Assembly: GCA_963827655.1 (NCBI GenBank)
Contig: CAWHCF010000020.1
Location: 64,001 to 128,000, forward strand
Origin: an uncultured Acidobacteriota bacterium
GTDB taxonomy: Bacteria > Acidobacteriota > UBA6911
Reading direction: 5' to 3'
Length of the DNA stretch: 64,000 bases
Of this stretch, positions 55,611 through 64,000 are shown in pieces (the first letter of the stretch is position 1; each line of letters begins with the position of its first letter). The translations under genes were made by a program, and so were the position numbers. The notes under the pieces were generated by a model, which did not search any database, was not told the origin of the DNA, and saw nothing but the letters and a program-made list of their open reading frames with translations.

Positions 55611-55612
55611 GA

Positions 55613-55722
55613 CAATCAGCGGTCAGCAGTCAGCGGTCAGCAATCAGCATAAGATCAGCAATCAGCCGTCAGCTATCAGCTTCGAGCGACATAAGCTGAC
55701 TGCTGACTGCTGAAGCTGACTG
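55613..55722. repeat. Inverted heptamer tandem-repeat hairpin (TCAGCNN/GCTGACT type)
   Basis: ~9 units aatcagcggtcagcagtcagcggtcagcaatcagc... facing gctgactgctgactgctgaagctgactg. Confidence 0.85.
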
Positions 55723-55760
55723 AGCGTGATAGAATGACCGCCCATTTGCACCTGGTTGAT

Positions 55761-58700
55761 ATGCCCCGTTCTCTAACCCGCATGATTGCGTTGCTCGTCG
55801 TCGTCGCCGCCGCCGGCGATCGCGCTTCGGCACAGAGCGACGGAGCGGAGTTCTTCGAGAAGAATATCCGGCCGCTGCTGGCGCAAAACTGCTTGATCTG
55901 CCACTCCGCCGCAAGCCGTCCGGTCATGGGTGGTCTCCGTCTGGACAGCCGGGAGGGGATCGAGAAAGGAGGCTCTCGAGGCCCGGCGATCGTCGACGGA
56001 AATTCCGAAAAGAGCCTGCTGATTCGCGCCGTTCGGCACGTGGACGACAAGCTGCAGATGCCGCCTCGGGGCAAACTCAAGGACGCGGACATCGCGCTCC
56101 TGGCGCAGTGGGTGGACAGGGGGGCTCCCTGGGGTGTCGAGCGGTTGCAATCGGACGCAAAGCAGGATTTCTGGGCCTTCCTCGCGCCGAAGGAACCTTC
56201 TATCCCGGATGTAAAAAACCAGGCTTGGGTCAAGTCTCCGATCGATGCCTTTGTCCTGGCCGGGCTTGAAGCCAAGGGCCTGATGCCTGCGCCTCCAGCG
56301 GACAAGCGCACACTGATCCGCCGCGCCACGTTCGATTTGACCGGTCTTCCGCCTAAGCCCGAGGAGGTGCGCGCCTTTCTCGAAGACAAGACGCCGGAGG
56401 CCTTCGCCCGTGTCGTGGATCGACTCCTGGCCTCACCGCGCTACGGCGAGCGATGGGGCCGCCACTGGCTGGATGTCGCCCGTTACGCCGACTCGAACGG
56501 ACTGGACGAAAACCTGGTGTACAAGAACGCGTTCCGCTACCGCGACTATGTGATCCAGGCGTTCAACCAGGACAAGCCCTACGATCGATTCATCCATGAA
56601 CAGCTGGCCGGCGATTTGCTCCCCGATTCGGGAGATCTCAAGACCACCTTCGAGCGCTGGACCGCGACCGGCTTCCTCTCGCTCGGCGCCAAAATGCTGG
56701 CCGAAGATGATCCAGTGAAGATGGAAATGGACATTGTGGATGAGCAGCTCGATACGACCAGCCGCGTGTTCATGGGTCTGACGGTCGGGATGCGCCCGCT
56801 GCCATGACCATAAGTTCGATCCCATCCCGCAGGCCGACTACTATTCGCTGGCAGGGATCTTCAAGAGCTCGAAGACGATGGAGAACTTCAAGGTCGTCGC
56901 CAAATGGCACGAATATGTGCTCGCGCCCAAGGCAGACCGGGACCGGCTCCAGGCTCACGAAGAAAAGATCGAGGCAAAGCGCCGGGAAATTGGCCGCATC
57001 CGGAAAGCAGAGAACTCGAAACTGGTGGCCGAAGGAAGGCAAAAGGTCGGCGCTTACCTCCTGGCGGCGGCCGCGGTGGAGCGCTCTGAACAGATTCGTC
57101 TCCGACCCGTGCTCCGCGACGCAGGGATGTCTCCTGCGGATGGGACGGTCGTGCGCGAGTCGGGTAGCTTTGAGCGTGGCAATGTCTCGCGCAAGCCCGC
57201 AAAGGGACAGAAGAACATCGCCGAGGATGAGAAAGGACCGTTCTTCGCGGAGTACGATCTCGCGATTGCCGCTCCGGGCGAATACCAGATCGATTTCCTT
57301 GAGGAAGAGAAGGGAGCCGGCACCGCCGATCTTTGGATCAATGGGCAGATGGTAAAACGCGGCGCCGAGCCCATCCAGAATCGCGCCGCGTCGCCGGATG
57401 CCGGCGGATGGGCTGCTGCGGGCATCTTCCCGCTGGTGGCGGGAAAGAACACGCTGCGGTTAGAACACAAGAGCCGATTCCCGTACTTCGAAAAGCTTCT
57501 GGTGGCGCCGAGTTCTCTGGCGAAGGGCGTGCCGGTGCCGAGGACGCCGGTGCAGGTGGCGCGCCAGTACGGCATCAATCCCGGATTCCTGGATCAATGG
57601 GTCGATCATTTGCGCCGGTCGAAGGGTGCGCCTCACTCGGTGCTCTACGGCTGGGACGTCTATGGCACCCGGCGGCCGCTGGACGAGTGGACCTCGCCCG
57701 CTGCCAAGCTGTTCCGGGACTTCCACCCCGCGAACCGTGAGGAGCTCGCCGCGCCGCTACCAGGAGTTGTTCAGTGAGTCGGTGCGCCAGTGGCAGGCGC
57801 TGCATCCCGGCGGTGAGGTCGACAACGAAAAGGCGGATGACAAGAAGGAAGAAGCCGGCTTGACCGATGCCGGGTTGGAAGCTCTGCGACAGCTGCTGTA
57901 CGAGAAATTCGGACCGTTTCGTCCGCCGGCGGATTCCAGCCAGTACTTTCCGGCTGAGGCCCAGCGGGAGCTGGCGCGGCTGGAGGGTGAGGAGAAGGAG
58001 CTGGTAGAGGCAACTCCGGAGTTCCCTCACGCGATGGGAATCCGTGAAGGCGAGATCGCCGATCTACCCATTCATATCCGGGGCAGCCACTGGACCCTGG
58101 GCCCGGTGGCGCCGCGCCGGTTTCTGCGCGTGATAGCCGGCGACAATCAGAGTCGCTATCGGCGCCAAGGAAAGCGGTCGCCTCCAACTGGCGCAATGGC
58201 TGACGCAGAAGGACCATCCGCTGACGAGCCGCGTCATGGCGAATCGCATCTGGCGCTGGCACTTTGGCCGCGGGATCGTGCCTTCCACCGACAACTTCGG
58301 GCGTCTGGGCGAGCCGCCCACCAATCAACCGCTGCTCGACTGGCTTGCGCTTCGGTTCATCGAGGGCGGCTGGTCGATCAAGGCGATGCACCGGCTCATC
58401 ATGCTCTCGACCACCTACCAGATGAGCAGCCGGTATGACGCGCGAGCGGCCGAAACCGATCCCGAAAACACGCTGTTGTGGCGCATGAACCGGCGCCGCC
58501 TGGAAGCCGAAAGCATCCGCGACGCGATCATGGCCGTTTCCGGAGACCTGGACTTCACGGAGGGCGGGTCCATTCTGGCGTACAAGGACCGCCAGTATGT
58601 GCAATACCGGCGGGTGGCATTGACTACGATCGTAACATTCGCGCGGTCTATCTACCTGTGATCCGCAGCTCGATGTACGACGTCTTCCAGGCATTCGATT

Positions 58701-59048
58701 TGCCCGACCCTTCCATGTCGAACGGAGACCGGGACTCGACCGTGGTGGCCCCACAGGCGCTGTTCATGATGAACGGGTCCGTGCCGCTCGCAGCACAGCC
58801 GCAAGATGGCCGAGAGATTACTGGGACGGGCCGATCTCGACGATGCCGGAAGGATCCGCGACGCCTATGAGCGCGCGCTCGGCAGACCGGCGGCTGCGCA
58901 GGAAATCGACCGGGCGCTGGCGTTCATCGCTCGAGTGGAACGGGCGATGGAAAAGCGGAAGGAAAATGCGGGCGAACGCCGCGTGTTCGCATGGCAGAGC
59001 TTCTGCAAGTCGCTGATCGCATCGAATGAGTTTATCTATCTGAACTGA
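55761..59048 (+). CDS. Planctomycete-type cytochrome c (PSCyt1) + DUF1549 + DUF1553 protein, split by several indels
   Basis: [104 protein letters not shown]. Confidence 0.9.
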
Positions 59049-59057
59049 GGATCGCCG

Positions 59058-60513
<1,456 letters not shown>

Positions 60514-60788
60514 GTCCTGCTGTCGCAATTACGGAAACGTATTTTGGCAGTTGAGGCCTGAAAGGCCGACAGAGATAGACCCGCCGTAGGGCCGGGAATG
60601 CGTACATTAAGAAGGAGCGCCGAAGGTGCGCAAGCCGGAGTTGGTCCTTCGAACTCGTGGCAGGGGCGTCTCGAAACCCCGCCCTGACGGGCGGGGCTAC
60701 TCACTGCCGGGCCTTCGGCCCTAGGCGACGACAGCGCCGACTCCTGCCACTCTGGCCAATACGTTAGCGTATTTACAAACCAACCGAC
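60514..60788. mobile_element. MITE family B (275 bp) with TAA target duplication, carrying a REP-like pair
   Basis: TAA|GTCCTGCTGTCGCAATTACGGAAACGTATTTTGGCAG ... CTGGCCAATACGTTAGCGTATTTACAAACCAACCGAC|TAA; internal GGCCTGAAAGGCC, CCCCGCCCTGACGGGCGGGG and GGGCCTTCGGCCC hairpins. Confidence 0.7.
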
Positions 60789-60792
60789 TAAG

Positions 60793-62439
60793 CTAGAGCA
60801 AGGGTTTCAGCCGGCCATATCCGGACCGGCTCACCGGCAGCTTCGTCCCGTCGGCAAGGATGGCGACCCGGCTGTCCTTGGCGTACAGTTCAAGCCGCAC
60901 CATGCGCTCGACATTCAAGATATACGACCGGTGAATGCGGATAAAACGGTCGCTGTCGAGCAGCGCTTCCAGCTCGTTTAGCGTTTGCTGCTTGAGGTAA
61001 TCCTTGCCTCCGGCCTTGATACAGACGTAGTCATCCTGGGCTTCGACGTAGTCGATCTTTCCCACAGCAATGACGTGGACCCGGGAGCCATCCCTGACCA
61101 GGACCCGCTCTGATTTTCTTTCGGGAATGCGCGCGCTGGCCGCCAGGCCGGCCGCGGGCAGAGTCTCTCTGCGGCGGAACTTCTCGCGGGCATGGCCGAT
61201 GGCCTCCGCGAGCCGCTCCGGGCTGAAGGGCTTCAGCAGATAGTCCACGGCGTGGACCTCGAAGGCCTTCAGGGCATACTCGTCATAAGCGGTTATGAAG
61301 ATCACGGCCAGGTTTCGCTCGATCAGCTCAAGAACCTCGAAGCCGTTGAGTTTCGGCATCTGAATATCGAGGAACAGGATATCGGGCTTGAGCTCGGTAA
61401 CCGTCTTCACCGCCTCAAAGCCATTGGAGCATTCGGCCAGGATTTCGATTTCGGGGAAGGCGGAGAGATACTCTCTTAGAACTTCGCGAGCCGGTTGCTC
61501 ATCGTCTACGATCACGCAGCCGAGCTTTTCGCGTCCCGAGAAATCGGAGGGGCTCTCCGGGAATCGCCGGCGCGCTTCCAGGCTGAAGTCCGTTTCTTGC
61601 TTGAGTTGACGCAGATCGGCCAGCAGTTCACCGGCTGACTGGTAGCGCGCCCGGAGATTCTTCTCGAGCGTTTTCTTGATGATGGCTTCCAATTCTGCGG
61701 GCAGGTCCGGGTTGATGCCGGCAGGAGGAACCGAAGTCTTGTTCAGGATCGAGTCGAAGACGAGCGCGGGAGTATTCCCCGCAAAGGCTTGCTTGCCCGT
61801 GCTCATCTCGTAAAGCACCGACCCGAAGGAGAAAAGGTCGCTGCGGGCGTCGATCGGCTCTCCGCGAGCTTGTTCAGGAGACATGTAAGCCACGGTTCCC
61901 ATCAATGCATTCGTGCGCGTCAAAGGGGGATCCGATTCCAGGGTGGTATCGCGTCCTTCGGTCCCTTGCGCCGAAAACTTCGCCACGCCGAAGTCCAGCA
62001 CCTTGGCCTGTCCGCGCTCGGTCAGCAAGATATTGGCCGGCTTGACGTCCCGATGCACAATTCCCTTGGAATGCGCGGCGTCCAGGGCATCGACGATCTG
62101 AATCGACAGTTCGAGAATCTCTCCGATCTTAAGGGGCCTGCCGGCGCAGTGCTGGTTGAGCGTATCTCCTTCCAGAAACTCCATCACGATAAAGGGCTGT
62201 TTTTGATGCTCGGCCACATCGTAGATGGTGCAGATGTGAGGGTGATTCAGCGCCGAGGCGACACGCGCTTCCCGCTGGAAGCGTTCCAGAGCGCGGCGAT
62301 CTTTTGACAACTCTTCCGGCAGAAATTTCAGCGCCACGAGCCGATTGAGCCGCGTGTCCTGCGCTTTGTAGACCACGCCCATGCCGCCGGCTCCCAGCTC
62401 CTCGAGAATCCTGTAATGAGCTACGGTTTTGCCGGTCAT
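60793..62439 (-). CDS. Hanks-type Ser/Thr kinase - receiver - LytTR fusion protein
   Basis: LGAGGMGVVY, VALK, HRDVKPAN, DFG, GTVAYMSPEQ, then in frame IVDDE, FLDIQMP, ITAYDEYA, LLKP, FIRIHRSYILN, LPVSRS. Confidence 0.92.
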   Translation of the reverse strand: MTGKTVAHYRILEELGAGGMGVVYKAQDTRLNRLVALKFLPEELSKDRRALERFQREARVASALNHPHICTIYDVAEHQKQPFIVMEFLEGDTLNQHCAGRPLKIGEILELSIQIVDALDAAHSKGIVHRDVKPANILLTERGQAKVLDFGVAKFSAQGTEGRDTTLESDPPLTRTNALMGTVAYMSPEQARGEPIDARSDLFSFGSVLYEMSTGKQAFAGNTPALVFDSILNKTSVPPAGINPDLPAELEAIIKKTLEKNLRARYQSAGELLADLRQLKQETDFSLEARRRFPESPSDFSGREKLGCVIVDDEQPAREVLREYLSAFPEIEILAECSNGFEAVKTVTELKPDILFLDIQMPKLNGFEVLELIERNLAVIFITAYDEYALKAFEVHAVDYLLKPFSPERLAEAIGHAREKFRRRETLPAAGLAASARIPERKSERVLVRDGSRVHVIAVGKIDYVEAQDDYVCIKAGGKDYLKQQTLNELEALLDSDRFIRIHRSYILNVERMVRLELYAKDSRVAILADGTKLPVSRSGYGRLKPLL

Positions 62440-63569
62440 GGCCGTGAACGTCTGGTGGCAAGAGGCTCCCGGTCGCGACCGGTAGTGTTTTGCGGATCCA
62501 GTGGAGGCTTATTCTCGAAAACCGCGGGAAGCGTGAGTTCCACACGGAAGTGGCCATCCTTCTCCTGCACGTCCACGCGAGACTCCGATCCATGAAGCGT
62601 CGCCAGGCGGCTGCGCACATTCTGAAGGCCGAGTCCTTGTCGCGTTGCTTGTGGCCGCTCACGATCGCAGGGGTTATCGATCGCGATTCTGAGCCGATCT
62701 CCCCTTCTTTCGGTCTTGATGCGGATGGTTCCTCCCTCGATCAGCTGGGCGATACCGTGGTTGACGGCGTTTTCAACCAGGGGTTGAAGAAGAAGCGGAG
62801 GCACCAGGCAGTCCTTGCTGGCTTCGTCGATTTCCTGTTCTACTCTCAGGCGCGAGCCGAAACGAACCCGCTCGATGGAGAGAAAATTCGACGCCAGCGC
62901 AATCTCTTCGACCAGGGGAATATTCTGCTGCGCTCCCAGGCTGATGCTCTTGCGGAGGAAATCCGCCAGCAGCAGGCACATCCTTCGCGCGCCCGCACTA
63001 TCGGTGGCGATGAGAGAGCTGACGGAGTTGAGGCTATTGAAGAGGAAATGCGGATCGATCTGGGCTCTCAGCGCCTTGAGCTCAGCCTCGCGAGCCAGAA
63101 TCTCGTGCTCCAGCGCAAGCCGCTCCGATTCCCGGGCGACCTCAAAGCTTCCTATTACGTAGTTCACGGCGATCGCAAGATAGAAAAGGAGGATTCCCAC
63201 GCCGAGCAGCAGCGGGACTTCAGCGTTATAGCGCTCACTGAGCGTGGCAAACTTCGGGATGAACGAGAGCAGGGATACGTAGAGTTTACCCGTGAGGATC
63301 CACCAGGTGCTGGAGAGAAAAGCCGCGATCGTATGGACACTGAAGAGCCGGACAAAGCCTGTGCGCCGAAGCGGGAGCGCGCGGCACAAGTACCAGCTGG
63401 GAAGACAGATGAACGCATACTCGGATGCCAGCGGGAACGCAACGACGACGGACTCCGTCCAGGAGAGGCGTCCCGAGAGTGCCAGCAGAGTAGCGAGAAG
63501 GCAGGCTACGGGGAACCAGGCAGCGAGATAAATTCGAAGAATTCCTTTTTGCGTGGCAATGGGGTGCAT
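62436..63569 (-). CDS. LytS/AlgZ-type sensor histidine kinase
   Basis: N-terminal TM helices; AELKALRAQIDPHFLFNSLN, LQPLVENAVNHG, GLGLQNVRSRL; ATGA overlap with the downstream gene. Confidence 0.92.
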   Translation of the reverse strand: MHPIATQKGILRIYLAAWFPVACLLATLLALSGRLSWTESVVVAFPLASEYAFICLPSWYLCRALPLRRTGFVRLFSVHTIAAFLSSTWWILTGKLYVSLLSFIPKFATLSERYNAEVPLLLGVGILLFYLAIAVNYVIGSFEVARESERLALEHEILAREAELKALRAQIDPHFLFNSLNSVSSLIATDSAGARRMCLLLADFLRKSISLGAQQNIPLVEEIALASNFLSIERVRFGSRLRVEQEIDEASKDCLVPPLLLQPLVENAVNHGIAQLIEGGTIRIKTERRGDRLRIAIDNPCDRERPQATRQGLGLQNVRSRLATLHGSESRVDVQEKDGHFRVELTLPAVFENKPPLDPQNTTGRDREPLATRRSRP

Positions 63570-63571
63570 GC

Positions 63572-64000
63572 TCAGTTCTTGGTTTCGACCCCGCCCATGA
63601 TGGCAAATCCTTTGACTACGAGCCGCTTCTTCGGTTCTCCCTGAGGCGGTCGCGTCGTATCCTCGAATCCGCCCATAAGAGGGAAGCCCTGGGAGACCAC
63701 AGTCCAGTCTTCGGGCACCTTGATCTCGATTCCTCCCCACCAGGCGAAGGTGTGAATGACAGCTTCCTCGCGCTGAATGTCGCACTCGCGCAAATCAATC
63801 TCGCATCCACCCATGATCGCGGTGAACTCTCCACTCCGGAAGTCTTTTGAATTGCAGCTTCGTACGACACCCCCCATTACGGCGATTGCGCTGATTGTGG
63901 AGTCTGGGTCGACGGGTATGTTGGGCTTGTCTGCGATCGCGATCTTTGAACTGCGAGCAAAAGCCTGCCATACCATGCTTCCGCCGATGGCGACCAGGAT
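63572..64000 (-). CDS. LiaF-like cell-envelope stress protein (DUF2154-like C-domain), 5' end beyond the window
   Basis: AIAVMGG...GEFTAIMGGCEIDLR...AWWGGIEIKVPEDW...GFAIMGGVE; frame stays open to the window edge (ILVAIGGSMVW). Confidence 0.85.
   Translation of the reverse strand: MLVAIGGSMVWQAFARSSKIAIADKPNIPVDPDSTISAIAVMGGVVRSCNSKDFRSGEFTAIMGGCEIDLRECDIQREEAVIHTFAWWGGIEIKVPEDWTVVSQGFPLMGGFEDTTRPPQGEPKKRLVVKGFAIMGGVETKN

Overview
GC-rich bacterial chromosomal window. The gene repertoire points to Acidobacteriota (inferred): multiheme-TPR/FG-GAP protein, Tat-exported Gfo/Idh/MocA oxidoreductases, a PSCyt/DUF1549/DUF1553 + DUF1501 pair, a tricorn protease and an Acidobacteria-style Hanks kinase. 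About 35 genes are present, mostly secreted or periplasmic enzymes and surface proteins. Many carry single-base indels typical of an unpolished long-read assembly, so several real genes are split in the ORF track. No rRNA, tRNA, CRISPR array, transposase or integrase was recognised. Highlights: (1) a liaF-like/LytS-type histidine kinase operon whose REC-LytTR regulator is fused to an intact Hanks Ser/Thr kinase; (2) two tandem ~1100-aa paralogous secreted proteins with a GGGWGDDVE core and C-terminal CARDB-like domain; (3) a heptaheme cytochrome c-TPR-FG-GAP fusion and a PPC/CxxCH/prenyltransferase-barrel/HEAT/CxxCH protein; (4) a 14x DUF11 surface protein; (5) a dense intergenic repeat landscape of two MITE families with TNA target sites, REP-like doublets, a 9-bp-period purine-rich motif (about 10 copies, three beside TA loci) and four unrelated heptamer tandem-repeat hairpins.
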